A DNA stretch of 64,000 bases from a virus (Duplodnaviria > Caudoviricetes). Location: IMG/VR virus record IMGVR_UViG_2939702853_000004, positions 37,038 to 101,037 of that record; one strand, written 5' to 3'. The notes beneath the pieces are model-generated. The model saw only the letters and a program-made list of their open reading frames with translations. It searched no databases and was not told where the DNA came from. Both the position numbers and the translations under genes were made by a program. Shown piece after piece: positions 51,454 through 62,449 of this stretch; the stretch's first letter is position 1; each line of letters opens with the position of its first letter.

Positions 51454-52281
51454 CTATGTATGAATTACTTGGGCAGCACTCTTATTATATTCTTTTTTAA
51501 TCTTCTCTACTATGCGGATTTGTCCTTTTGGTGTAATCTTCATAGTTTTGACCAATTTGACCCCATATGGTGTATCTATACTCTTTTCTTCAACAACAAA
51601 TAATTTCTGATTCATTGCGTACTGAGTCGGCTCGTTCCTATTAGTTAATACAAGATTCCAGTCACGCAGTTTCTGATATAATTTCTTTTCACCAATATTA
51701 ATTCCTTCATCCTGTATGAGTTTACTCATTTCTCGCACCAGAATATTATCCTTTGATTTAAGAACGGTTTCGGCAAATGTAACTAGTGGTTTATTCTCTT
51801 CAATCTGCAACTGCAACTTCTTCTGCTCTTTCTTAGCTGTAAAATAGGCAATCGCGCGGTCTTCCTCTGACAAGGATAAATATTGCTGCGCTGAATTATG
51901 TATGAATGCTTCAGCTAAAACATTCTTAGCTTTTAGTTGATACTGAATTAACTTGCTTGCTACTTCTGGTTGATTCTTTTGCATGTTTGGGGTAATTGTG
52001 ATTTTGGCAAGCCATAATGGTAGAAAATCAATATCTAGTACTAATATTTCTTGTATACCACCATTTGTAGGGAGGGCTAAATTTAGCCCCCCTTTACTGA
52101 GTACAATATCATTATTGATTTTTCTGCGTTCATTTTTTGTTTGATCTGGTGATAGTCCAACTCCTTCACAAACCCATCGGACACCCACATAAATCTTACC
52201 ATCATTCGCTTTGATGCCCAACAACTCAGATCCATTAAACTCTACTAGCTTTTGCTCTACTACCTGAATATTATTTTCCAA
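51454..52281 (-). CDS. phage antirepressor (P22 Ant N-terminal plus KilAC domain)
   Basis: VEFNGSEL...LPLWLAKI; KPLVTFAE...NEPTQYAM...ITPKGQ. Confidence 0.9.
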   Translation of the reverse strand: MENNIQVVEQKLVEFNGSELLGIKANDGKIYVGVRWVCEGVGLSPDQTKNERRKINNDIVLSKGGLNLALPTNGGIQEILVLDIDFLPLWLAKITITPNMQKNQPEVASKLIQYQLKAKNVLAEAFIHNSAQQYLSLSEEDRAIAYFTAKKEQKKLQLQIEENKPLVTFAETVLKSKDNILVREMSKLIQDEGINIGEKKLYQKLRDWNLVLTNRNEPTQYAMNQKLFVVEEKSIDTPYGVKLVKTMKITPKGQIRIVEKIKKEYNKSAAQVIHT

Positions 52282-52574
52282 TTATATATAACTCCTCTTA
52301 GGTTTAAGTCAGGCAATCTCACCCTGCTAACTCCCTCCCTGTAATACTTATTTTGTTTACACATCTTTGCGTTTAGACTTAACATGCTCTCTCATCATCT
52401 TACGCATCCTATTCATTCCGACACTTTTTGTTATTTCTGTGCTAGTTGCATATTGATTGAACTCATCGTACTTGTCAGGCTCTAGATACGCTACTGTAGG
52501 CCTAATTGCCTTCACTTTAGTTTTACTCAATTTACTCCTCCGTTCTATGTATCACTGATAAAAGTCCGTTTTTA

Positions 52575-54803
52575 TTATGAGATTTTTTCTATTGTATCTA
52601 CCTTTCCAGTTCTCCACTTAATGCCAATTGATTCAAGAAGATTTATATAATCTTCAGACAATTTACTTTTTTTATAAAAACACCTTTGCCTACTCAACCA
52701 CATTCCCAAATTTACACCACTGTCAGTCACATAATTAACCGGTATGTTACAATGTCCATGCTGATTCGCATATTTGCGAACCAAGTCAAAATTAGTTTCC
52801 CATAATTCTTTTGTCGGGTCCCATACAAAACCAATATTATTAAGTTGATCAATTCGTTCTTGAAGTAATTGCCCTCTTTTATATGCTTGCCTTTGATTAT
52901 TAATCCATATTTTTATCTTACCAGCAGGTATGTTACAGTGTCCGTGTTTCTCCTTGAATTCTCGAAGTAAATTGTAGTTATAGTTCCATATATCAACATA
53001 TGGTTCCCATTCAAAACCTATCAGTTCCAATTCCATTATTTTTTCTTTTGAGAGCAATCCTTTTATATAACTTTTTCTTTGTGTAGTAACCCATACACCA
53101 AGTTTTACTCCGTTAATTTCGTAATTACGCGGAACATTGCAGTGTCTGTATTTTTCTTTAAATTGAACTATGCACTCCATGCCTCGTCTCCAAGACTCTA
53201 CAAATGGTTTCCAGCATAGTTCAATTGAATTAAGTCTCTCTATACGTTTTTGGGAGAGTTCTTTATTTGAATATGATTTTCTTTGATCGGCTACCCATTG
53301 TCCTAGTTTTTTTCCTTCAAACATTTCATATCTTGTGACATTTGAATGACCATAAGTTTCAATGTACCTCATAAGAAGACTGAAATTTTCAAACCATATT
53401 TTCTCCTTAACATTCCAAACAAAGCCTACGTTGTTTAATTTTGTTACCCTTTCTCTACGCAAAAGATTTTTGTTGTATAAATATTTTTGATAAGACAACC
53501 AATTTTTTATGCTATCGCTCATTTCTCCGTCGCAGTACCGTTCAAACATCTCATCCCAATTATCTTTTAAACGATCCTCGATTTTACTGAAAAGATTATG
53601 AACGTCTTGCATTTCATCATAAATCACGAAATCACTTATATCCATTTCGTATTTTCCTCCACTACTACGAAAAGAAACCTCCTTTTCGATTGCGTCTTTT
53701 AACTCAGCGGCAAAGTTATTCGCCTTTAGGTTATTGAAGTTGTTCACAAAATCAAAAACATAAGGCTCTTTACCTCCAGATTTGACGGCGCGTCCGAGTT
53801 GTTGATAGTATATTGTTGGTGAAATGGTACTTCTTAGAAAAACAACTCCATCAACATCGTCGATGTGTAATCCTTCATTGAGCATATCAATGGTAAATAA
53901 TAATTGAATTGAATCATTGCTCTCAGTAAAGGTAAACTGTTTAATCGCATCCTTATTATCTGTTTTTGTGCTATATACAATGTGAGTATTAACTTTAGAA
54001 TTGATTCTTCCTTTAATGAACCATTTAGTAACCGTATCTTTCATTTCGTATAGATGCTCTTTATTGCGACAGAATACAATAAATTTGCCTGATGTTTTAC
54101 CAAGATGTTTCTTTAAGATAACAGGAATACCTTTGCTTTTGTTGAGTTCTTTTTTCATCAACTCAACTTCTTTGCGTACATCCTCTTTCTCATCATCTGA
54201 ATTATTCGACTTATCGATCTTATCATTGAGATTTAAGATTTCATCATCAAAAGTATAAAGAGCAGATATGTATTTTGGCATTGGCAGAATACCCTTAACG
54301 ATTGCTTGGGGTAGACTCAAGTTAGTTACAACATTTCTATCAAACAATTCATCTGACATGTCGCGCTCACCATCTAGAAATCGTATAGGGGTTGCCGATG
54401 TACCCAAAATTTTAGCATTAGGAAATAGTTCAGTAAACTTCCCCACCCCCCTTCCCCATTTATCAGCACCACAACGATGAAACTCATCAAATACAACCAT
54501 GCTTGCATCTAACTGTTTAATTTCTTCTTCGCTCATAAAAGACAATTTAGAATAAGTTAACAATATTGTATTAGGCAACTCATCTACCTTGCTCTCCAAT
54601 TGGTTTAGGATATGATTAGATGGAGCTAACACAACTTTATTTACATCTGGATATGTAAATAGGCACTTCAATATAAGAAACGTCTTACCCGTTCCTGTGG
54701 CTTGTACAGTTGCTACACGGTTGTGTGTTCTCCATGCTTCAATAATCTTGTCGTATGTCTCTTGGTTATGTGGGTACAATTCAATATCTTGATGTGTTGT
54801 CAT
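52575..54803 (-). CDS. SF2 DExH helicase with C-terminal helicase-associated (HA) repeats
   Basis: ATGTGKT, DEFH, SAT, QQLGR; repeated HGHCNVP...LG.WV..QR...L...GF.W. Confidence 0.9.
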   Translation of the reverse strand: MTTHQDIELYPHNQETYDKIIEAWRTHNRVATVQATGTGKTFLILKCLFTYPDVNKVVLAPSNHILNQLESKVDELPNTILLTYSKLSFMSEEEIKQLDASMVVFDEFHRCGADKWGRGVGKFTELFPNAKILGTSATPIRFLDGERDMSDELFDRNVVTNLSLPQAIVKGILPMPKYISALYTFDDEILNLNDKIDKSNNSDDEKEDVRKEVELMKKELNKSKGIPVILKKHLGKTSGKFIVFCRNKEHLYEMKDTVTKWFIKGRINSKVNTHIVYSTKTDNKDAIKQFTFTESNDSIQLLFTIDMLNEGLHIDDVDGVVFLRSTISPTIYYQQLGRAVKSGGKEPYVFDFVNNFNNLKANNFAAELKDAIEKEVSFRSSGGKYEMDISDFVIYDEMQDVHNLFSKIEDRLKDNWDEMFERYCDGEMSDSIKNWLSYQKYLYNKNLLRRERVTKLNNVGFVWNVKEKIWFENFSLLMRYIETYGHSNVTRYEMFEGKKLGQWVADQRKSYSNKELSQKRIERLNSIELCWKPFVESWRRGMECIVQFKEKYRHCNVPRNYEINGVKLGVWVTTQRKSYIKGLLSKEKIMELELIGFEWEPYVDIWNYNYNLLREFKEKHGHCNIPAGKIKIWINNQRQAYKRGQLLQERIDQLNNIGFVWDPTKELWETNFDLVRKYANQHGHCNIPVNYVTDSGVNLGMWLSRQRCFYKKSKLSEDYINLLESIGIKWRTGKVDTIEKIS

Positions 54804-54829
54804 ATGTATTTACCTCCTATTGATTATAT

Positions 54830-55120
54830 TTACTTTTCAAATTGTTTAAAGTATTCAGTTAAGTTTTTAGCGTTAATTCTAGATTGGTCAGTTGTTTTTA
54901 TGTTGAGTGAATCCAATAATCTCTGAGCATCAGAACCTGTTAATGTAGGCGTAGCAGCCAGTTGAGTTTTGGACGTTCTTATCCCTTCTGAATTAGCTTT
55001 TCTGTATTTTTTTAAGTCTTTCTTCACATCATCAATAGTAAAGTCGCCTTTATTCATAGCCTTTTGAGCAATCTCTTTCATTCGTTTCAAACCAGTAGAT
55101 TTATTTTCATTATATTTCAA
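54830..55120 (-). CDS. hypothetical phage protein
   Basis: ORF with GAGGTG RBS. Confidence 0.6.
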   Translation of the reverse strand: MKYNENKSTGLKRMKEIAQKAMNKGDFTIDDVKKDLKKYRKANSEGIRTSKTQLAATPTLTGSDAQRLLDSLNIKTTDQSRINAKNLTEYFKQFEK

Positions 55121-55650
55121 CGTTATGCTTCACCTCTTCTTTGGAGTAAAATTCAACATTTATTAAAATTATCATAGACCTGCTGACCATTATCGTCATA
55201 GTAAGTATCTCTGAACCTATAAATATCTTCTGTAGAAACTTCTACATAGTCTTCTGGATAATAGGCGTATAGAAATCGTTCAAAGTAAACTTCATCGTTA
55301 TTTTTGTACAGTTTTAAAACCTTAGTTAGCTTATTTGTTTTTGGATCAAAGTCATATAATCCAGAATTCCACTTTTTATCTACCATAATCATAATTATTC
55401 ACCTCGTAAAATAACTGTTTCATTCGAATGCATTTACTGTTTTGTTTATGCATTTTACGAACAGATTGTTTCCTTCTCTTTTATTAACAAAATAGCTTTC
55501 ATTTTTAAATACAAAACAATCACTTTCGTAAATTTGTATGTTACTCTTTACAGCAAATTCTTCGTCGTCGAGGATAAACACTTTATAGTTGGTCATAATT
55601 GTTCTCCTTTTAATTTTCTATGTAAATTCCTGCTTTTATTCCAATAATCA

Positions 55651-56067
55651 TTATTCATTAATTCTATATCCATCATAGTCATAATGATTCTTACCATAAA
55701 TTTTCCCATTGATAGAATAGCAAGTCTTATTCAGGTCATCCACCTCTTGCCTTGTCATAGGTCTAACATGTGCTTTAGGAAAATGCACGTCCATAAATCC
55801 AAATCCTTCGCAGAATGTTCCGATGTAATAGTCTTCGTCTTCCGCTATTACATTAATACGTTCGTCTTCATCCCTTCCTATATTCCCCATAAGATGAAGA
55901 GCATCGCTTCCACCAGATAAAACCATGATTCTGCTTCTGATCTTGTAAGCAGGAATATTCCGTACACCTTTCTGAATTTTTCTATTGTAGATACTTTCTG
56001 TCATTGCTATGCCTCCTTCGTACGTATAGATTTTATTTAATCCTGTTTGTTTCTTGAGAATTTCCAA
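55651..56067 (-). CDS. hypothetical phage protein (true start probably MTESIY)
   Basis: ORF; AAGGAGG before internal ATG. Confidence 0.6.
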   Translation of the reverse strand: MEILKKQTGLNKIYTYEGGIAMTESIYNRKIQKGVRNIPAYKIRSRIMVLSGGSDALHLMGNIGRDEDERINVIAEDEDYYIGTFCEGFGFMDVHFPKAHVRPMTRQEVDDLNKTCYSINGKIYGKNHYDYDGYRINE

Positions 56068-56573
56068 AGCAACCTGCTAACTTGATCTTCCTTACATAGA
56101 CCCGTTACAAGCAACTTGCCATCTGGCGTTATCTCGACAGTTTTGAGTTTTGTTATATACATTGTTTTTCCTTCGTAGTCAATCAAATCCCCATTTGATA
56201 CTTTTTCGTTTATGGTTATTTTAAAATTGACTGATTTATTATCGCTCATCTACTCTTCATCTCCCTATCAAATACTGTTTTTATTTGCTTATAATATTTA
56301 CTTTTGCGTTTCAACTACCATTCTCTACCTTTTTTTACTGCCTCTAAATTTTCTTCTGCATACTTAACGTATTCTTCTTTTCTAGGATCGTTTCCATAAG
56401 TGCTAATTACTTTTTCCAATTGAAGCTCATAATAACTGATCAACTTTTCTCTCGTTTTCATAATTTTATTCTCTCCTTTTTAGTAAATGGACTTTGTATA
56501 AAATCGTTGTTTGATCATCTATTTACAATACAATGTGCCTAGTTACAATATGTTGTTTCTCTTTGTTAAGTAA

Positions 56574-56619
56574 ATTATACCACATATCCTATTCAATATC
56601 AATATTTAATTATATTTAT
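56574..56619 (-). promoter_or_regulatory. sigmaA promoter (TTGATA-17-TATAAT) with upstream ATAAATATAATTAAA motif
   Basis: Direct sequence match. Confidence 0.7.
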
Positions 56620-56667
56620 ATATTAAAAAACAAGAAGAACTAACATAGTCCATCTTGTTTTTATTAC

Positions 56668-57099
56668 TTAGGTTTCAGATATTGATAATATCGAGTTCAT
56701 CAGTTTATTTAGTTTATCATTTTCTTTCTTTAAATCATCTAGCAATGGCTTATTATTTTCAATAATTTTGTCTCTTGCCGATATCATTGTGTTCTTGATT
56801 TTTAATTCAGATTCCATTTCCTTGATTTTTTCTTTAAACTCAATTATTTTTTTAGAGTCTGTATTTTTTAAATAATCATTCGAAGAAGACGCTTTTCTTT
56901 CAACAAAATATTTGTTAGTCATATATCGCGCTCTACCCTTTACTGTATTAACCATACCTCTTTCTTCATCAAAAAATACGACCATATTGCATTCTTTGCA
57001 AGCCCATTTACTTCTTTCGTGTACTGATTCATCTATATAGGAAGCTCCACATTTACAATCTACTTGAAAAATAAATTTATTTAATGTCATTGCAATCAC
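56668..57099 (-). CDS. Zn-ribbon plus coiled-coil protein (shares a domain with 40238..40717)
   Basis: CKCGASYI...WACKEC...MTNKYFVER. Confidence 0.65.
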   Translation of the reverse strand: MIAMTLNKFIFQVDCKCGASYIDESVHERSKWACKECNMVVFFDEERGMVNTVKGRARYMTNKYFVERKASSSNDYLKNTDSKKIIEFKEKIKEMESELKIKNTMISARDKIIENNKPLLDDLKKENDKLNKLMNSILSISET

Positions 57100-57105
57100 A
57101 CTCCT

Positions 57106-58122
57106 TTATTTTTTACTAACTATCCCTCTTTGATCTATTGTGTACTTCATATGCCCCTCTTCAACTTCTTTTTTTGTCGAAATTTTAGGGTTACTTTGCA
57201 AAATCTTATTTCTAATTAATTGTAACTTACTATTAGATTTGGATAACTCTGATTTTATTCCTTCAATTAACTCGCAATTTTTACTGATTTCAATATCTTT
57301 TTGAGCAATGATCATTTCTTTTGTAAGAAGTTTATGTTCGATGTCTTTCATTGCTAATTTTAAGCTGAAATATTCTTCTTTAATTTTATTTATGTTATCC
57401 ATTTTGAATAGAACCTGTTTTATACCATACTCTAATTTCTCAAAATTTCTACTATCATTATCTGATGCTCGAAATAAAATGTCGTTTTCCTCTTTTTCTT
57501 TTCTAATATAATTCTCAATCGAACCAAAGTTTTTAATAATAAGATGACATTTTTTATAAATGGCAAGAGGTTTTCTTTTGAGAACTTTGGCGGCTATACT
57601 CATCGCTTCCATCTTTCCTTTTCCTGCATCCGATGCTTTTTCTATAATTCCGTTGAGAACTTCAATTTCTTCTATTGTCCAGCGATTCAACGCCTCTTTC
57701 TTTTGTACGTCGTTCGATACCTCTTCAACTCTAAGCAAATAGTCTCTTACTTTTACTGCCACTTCACTATCCTTTAAAAGCATACCTATGCGCAGCACCG
57801 CTTTTTTAGTTAGCAACTTAACAATGAACTGCGAGCTAGGTAAGGCTTTCTTTAGCTTGAGGAAAGCCTCATCTTTACTAGTAATTGTGTGAACTCCATC
57901 GTTTTCTAATTCCTTTTTGTGACGTGCTAAAATACTAGCGATAGTTTTGTATTCAACTTCGTAATAATCAGCAACAACTTTTGTAGTCATGTGCTGGTTG
58001 TCTGGCAACAAAGATAGTGACTTAACTTTGTTCAATACTTCAACTTTATTTATGTATTGATCTCTAGCGCTTTTGTTTTCCATAAATTCATCGGCAGCTT
58101 GCAATTTCAATAAAGTTCCCAT
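57106..58122 (-). CDS. putative DNA-binding, antirepressor-like phage protein with coiled coil
   Basis: MTTKVVADYYEV...VLRIGMLLKDSEVA..VRDYLL. Confidence 0.6.
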   Translation of the reverse strand: MGTLLKLQAADEFMENKSARDQYINKVEVLNKVKSLSLLPDNQHMTTKVVADYYEVEYKTIASILARHKKELENDGVHTITSKDEAFLKLKKALPSSQFIVKLLTKKAVLRIGMLLKDSEVAVKVRDYLLRVEEVSNDVQKKEALNRWTIEEIEVLNGIIEKASDAGKGKMEAMSIAAKVLKRKPLAIYKKCHLIIKNFGSIENYIRKEKEENDILFRASDNDSRNFEKLEYGIKQVLFKMDNINKIKEEYFSLKLAMKDIEHKLLTKEMIIAQKDIEISKNCELIEGIKSELSKSNSKLQLIRNKILQSNPKISTKKEVEEGHMKYTIDQRGIVSKK

Positions 58123-58142
58123 GTTATTTTCTCCTTTTATGT

Positions 58143-58334
58143 TTAATTAATTATTTTAGTGTTATAAGATTCAATCAATTCTTCAAGTTTCATTATTTCT
58201 GGAGTTTGCAATGGCTGTTTACCATTGATAAACAATGAAAACAATGAATTACTTATAGACAACTTACTAGCGATAAAAGATTTCTCAATTCCCCTATCAC
58301 TGATTAACTGAATTGTTCTTTCTCTCAAAGTCAT
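58143..58334 (-). CDS. XRE-family HTH protein
   Basis: GIEKSFIASKLSISNSLFSLFING. Confidence 0.75.
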   Translation of the reverse strand: MTLRERTIQLISDRGIEKSFIASKLSISNSLFSLFINGKQPLQTPEIMKLEELIESYNTKIIN

Positions 58335-58859
58335 GTACTCACCTCTTTATTAAAATTTATTTTAATCACCTTCTGATATAATACTATCACACCATTATTT
58401 TATTGTCAACATTTAATTATATTTATATGTCAAAATTAATTAGCATGTTTCTACAACAAAAAAACTAGGTATATACGCCCTAGTTTAGTGTGATAAAAGT
58501 AACATTTTATAGAAAATATAGATAAATTCTTTATTGGTTGAGTGCGACTGTAAAAAATGAGAATAGTAAAATAGTAGTTATGTATTATGTATTAAATCTA
58601 TCTATTTGCAATAAAGTTGATTTATATAGTTAATGGTTGTGAAATTTGGGGTGAAATGTAATTAATAATATTTGAAGTTATTGTGTAATCTCTTTTAAGA
58701 GATTAGTTTTTTTGCTTAAAAGTCCTCTGAAGCAATCCATAAAATCTAATATTATGTGATAAAAAGGAATTATTTGTAGAAAGATGGATTGAAAATATTG
58801 ACAAATGGGAAAAAGCCCTATATTGTTGATGGTAATTAAATATAGGGAGGCTTTAGTCA

Positions 58860-59723
58860 ATGAATGTTATGGAAAATGATTTGCTTAGTGTAACTGATTT
58901 AGACACAATAGTTGTTTATATTAGGATGTGTTATAATAACGAGAATTGGGAGATGTTAGAAAAGCTTTCTGATCATCTTTCTAATTGTACTTACGACGAA
59001 ATTAAGTACAATAAAGACCAACAAGACATACATACTAAAAATAAAACTAAAAGCCCTTTAGTTTACTATTATGGGTATGGTCACCTAATGAAAGGTATCG
59101 CACTACAGAAGATGAAAAAATACAGTGAATCAGCGGTATGTATAAACAATTATTCTGAATTGGGCTGGTTTGATGGTTTGGACGAAGAGGGGAAAGCGAT
59201 AGTAAAAGACTTTAAATTTAACGCAAAAGCTAACAGGTACACTTTAGAGGTGCTGAAGGGCAATAAAGCTGTAATAAATGAGTACATTGATTATCTTGAA
59301 AATGATCCCGCGGAATACTTACCAGCCTATATAACAATTCTAGAAGCTGCTTTAGATTATAATTGGGATGTAGACCATTATCTTAATAAATTATCTACCC
59401 GTGCATCTTGGTTATCTGATTTTGAAGATTCCGCAAATATTAATTATTATGTCAACTATATGTACCATCTTGCATTGTACAATTTTTGCAAAGAAAGATT
59501 TTCTGATGCCTTACATAGCGTGATAAAAGCTTTGCAATCATCAGTTAAAATTAGAGAGGGAAAGTTTTTTCTAAAATGTGTGGCTCTTTTTGAGTTACAT
59601 CGTAATTTTGCAACATCAGAACAAATTAAGACTTACGTAGACTTTCTAACAATAATATTGGAAGGAGAGTTTAAAAATGAAAAAAACATTGCTCTTATTG
59701 ACAATCGCATTCGGCCTATTTAG
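58860..59723 (+). CDS. AloR-like (RRNPP) TPR peptide receptor lacking the N-terminal HTH
   Basis: PLVYYYGYGHLMKG...YSELGWFDGLDEEG...ANRYTLE.L.GN...ILEAA recalled as a Paenibacillus AloR C-terminal signature; followed by propeptide. Confidence 0.75.
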   Translation: MNVMENDLLSVTDLDTIVVYIRMCYNNENWEMLEKLSDHLSNCTYDEIKYNKDQQDIHTKNKTKSPLVYYYGYGHLMKGIALQKMKKYSESAVCINNYSELGWFDGLDEEGKAIVKDFKFNAKANRYTLEVLKGNKAVINEYIDYLENDPAEYLPAYITILEAALDYNWDVDHYLNKLSTRASWLSDFEDSANINYYVNYMYHLALYNFCKERFSDALHSVIKALQSSVKIREGKFFLKCVALFELHRNFATSEQIKTYVDFLTIILEGEFKNEKNIALIDNRIRPI

Positions 59724-59799
59724 TTTTATACCAGTAAACGGTAATTTTAATGGTGGAACTATTGTACCTAATAATCACGGGGTTAATATGTGCTTATAA
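59677..59799 (+). CDS. secreted signalling propeptide (AloP-like) MKKTLLLLTIAFGLFSFIPVNGNFNGGTIVPNNHGVNMCL
   Basis: 40-aa ORF not in the track; GAAGGAG RBS inside receptor 3' end; signal peptide and C-terminal HG motif. Confidence 0.8.
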   Translation: MKKTLLLLTIAFGLFSFIPVNGNFNGGTIVPNNHGVNMCL

Positions 59800-59809
59800 A
59801 ATGCAACTT

Positions 59810-59839
59810 AAGGACAACTCATTTGAGCTGTCCTTTTTT
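59810..59839 (+). terminator. intrinsic terminator after propeptide
   Basis: AAGGACA.CTC/GAG.TGTCCTT stem plus T-tract. Confidence 0.75.
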
Positions 59840-59935
59840 AATTGTTTTTGTAGTATCGGTACAGATCAAGCAATATAGGATAAATTATAATAAAAAAGAC
59901 TTCTTCATGAAGTCTTAAATTGAAAATATTTTATT

Positions 59936-60589
59936 TTAGCATCCACAATATTTTTCTTGAAACATCCTCCACTTATTTGATATGCTTCCGGGCAACTCAG
60001 TCCAGTGCGTTTTGCGTCCACATTCCCAACATTTGAATACTCCCTTGTCATACCCCTTAAACCTAAAATGGTGCTCAAAGTCTTTAACTGCCATTAAATT
60101 TCTAAAATCTTGCTCACTTGGTTTACGGGAATAATAATCTTTAATACTCTTCCAGTCATCTATATTGTTACTCCAAAAATGTTCCGAAACCCATCTGTCT
60201 TGCTTATCTTTTCCTATTTTCGTGTCTCCAGAAAGAGTTAAATTAACATAAGAAAAATCAACTTCTTCTTCATCTACAACTCTATCAATGTACCCAATTC
60301 TTTTTTTAAAATTTTCCAAATATGTAGTTGTCTCGATGTCTTCAAAAAATGACTTTATTTTAGCCCACTCTTCGGGGAACAGGTTTTGGTATAATTCTTT
60401 TGATGTTGTTACGTATCCACCATTCTTCAGCGCATCTTCTTTGTCTTTGGCCTGATATCCGAAAGTTAGCATAATCTCATGATCGGAACAGGGAAGTATC
60501 TTATTGACTGCTTTTAAATTAATATTGCCATAGCCAAATTTTTCGGGTTGGTAGTATTCAATCGTTTTGTTTATTAATTCTGTATTCAT
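59936..60589 (-). CDS. hypothetical phage protein with C-terminal Cys motif
   Basis: CWECG...YCGC; GAGGTG RBS. Confidence 0.7.
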   Translation of the reverse strand: MNTELINKTIEYYQPEKFGYGNINLKAVNKILPCSDHEIMLTFGYQAKDKEDALKNGGYVTTSKELYQNLFPEEWAKIKSFFEDIETTTYLENFKKRIGYIDRVVDEEEVDFSYVNLTLSGDTKIGKDKQDRWVSEHFWSNNIDDWKSIKDYYSRKPSEQDFRNLMAVKDFEHHFRFKGYDKGVFKCWECGRKTHWTELPGSISNKWRMFQEKYCGC

Positions 60590-60611
60590 TTTATCACCTC
60601 TTGAATATATT

Positions 60612-60986
60612 TTAGAATTCTAGATATTTATCATCAACATTAACTCCAAATGTTAAATCATATGGAACATCAACAAATAAATATCCATCCTTAATTTGAT
60701 AGTCATGCTCAAGCACGTATTTAACTGGTATTGCGCTTTCTGACTCCCACAGTTCCGCATCTTTTGCGAAAACAGCAGATAGAACAGAATTGGCTATACC
60801 CATTAAACTGTGACCATTGTCGCTTACATATACATAAAATGGCTGTAACTCACTAGGCAACTTTGGATAAGTTTTTGATTTATCTACCATATGTTTTATT
60901 GCTTGAATACTTTTTCTCACGTCATCACCCCAAATATTAAAGTAAAAGACTGGTTTTATACACTTTTGATAAGTACAGTTCTTCAA
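60612..60986 (-). CDS. hypothetical phage protein
   Basis: ORF coupled to upstream gene. Confidence 0.6.
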   Translation of the reverse strand: MKNCTYQKCIKPVFYFNIWGDDVRKSIQAIKHMVDKSKTYPKLPSELQPFYVYVSDNGHSLMGIANSVLSAVFAKDAELWESESAIPVKYVLEHDYQIKDGYLFVDVPYDLTFGVNVDDKYLEF

Positions 60987-61420
60987 AGAGATACTTTAAT
61001 TGTTGCTTCCTTTATCCCCTGAATTATCTTCTCAAGATGTTTAATAGCAATAACATCGACTCTCAATTCAATCCATTCTTTAATTGAAACAGGCGGCTTT
61101 GAATTAGTATGATACTCTTCCTCAAGCATATCTTTAACAATTGACACATAGTCAATAGTAATATTACCGTAAGAGCCTTTTGGGTTATTTCCAATGGTTA
61201 AATAGTATCCTGCTGACTCCAAATCTTCTATCATATCAAAACCATCTTTGACTAATTCAAATGAATGCTCGTCTTCTTTGTAATAAACTATAATCTCCTG
61301 ATCTTCATCTACAGAAACTCTGGGATGTTTAATAAACTGTGTATAAGTATCAGTGTCATCAAGTTGCTTTTCTTCAACTTGCTCCATTGTAATATACATC
61401 AATGTTTTCATTTTCTTCAC
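60983..61420 (-). CDS. hypothetical phage protein
   Basis: ORF with RBS. Confidence 0.65.
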   Translation of the reverse strand: MKKMKTLMYITMEQVEEKQLDDTDTYTQFIKHPRVSVDEDQEIIVYYKEDEHSFELVKDGFDMIEDLESAGYYLTIGNNPKGSYGNITIDYVSIVKDMLEEEYHTNSKPPVSIKEWIELRVDVIAIKHLEKIIQGIKEATIKVSL

Positions 61421-62449
61421 TCTCTCCGTTATGTGTTTGAAATCTCAATTTTAAGCGCTTAATTAATTTTACCCTAATGTTATCCATTCCATAATACCAT
61501 GTAGATTGATACTATGGGAATGCACCATCATCTCAAGACGTATCATGCTGTATTCATGTGCTAAGATCTGATTAAATTCATCAATGTGCGATTGAGTTAT
61601 CACCATGTTAGTCATGTATAATCCTCTTTCTTGTGATTGTCTATTCATTAAAATCTTCCATCATTGATTATCATGAGAAAATCGCTTTTAGGAATCTGTT
61701 TAATATAGTGTAAGTTTTGTGAGTTTGGTCTAGTATAAAGCACACTCGTATGACTTCCGACAGTCTTAGCACTGGAAATTATGTATTTCTTTCTGTCCTC
61801 TACTATTATGTCTCCAGCGACTAAAAATTGTGCCATTACCTTGCTTTTCATTGTGTAAGCACCTCCTACCTTTGTACCGCTTAATCTAATTTTATCATGA
61901 AAAGCACAGTAATCAAATAGGCATTTCATCTTATCTAGACAATAGCATAACGTTGTCTTTGCCATACACGTCTTTAAGGCGCGCATTCAATAATACTATT
62001 TGCTCATACTCTTTGTACTTACCTTCGTCAATAACTATCTTTTGAACATCATCGACAACTTTATATTTTACGAAAGGCTGACCAAATGCCTTATTATAGA
62101 CTAGTAATCTAATCACTTTCATCCTCCTATTTATAAAAATGCATTTTTATGAATTAAAATATCACTTAAATCGAGTATTATAATTTTGAATTTGTATATT
62201 CATACATTTTCATCTATGTAAAACAAGAATTTTATCGTGTTATTATTTCAATTTTAGAAATAAAAAACTCAACAGACATCCCAGTTCTTTTTGATTCTCC
62301 AAAACAATTAATTGCAATGTGATTAGCCTTGTTCCACTCATAACCTTTATCTGCAATCATTTTGGTTGCTTTTTCCATATTTTTTAATGTTAAATACTTC
62401 ATATCTATTCATCTCCTTATGAAATCACTCTTTTATGTACCTTTACAGG

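Noticed and set aside
58860-59799. Arbitrium aimR-aimP
   Set aside because: Receptor motifs and the HG-type peptide fit the Alo family rather than AimR/AimP, and the locus is far from the yopQ/R genes.
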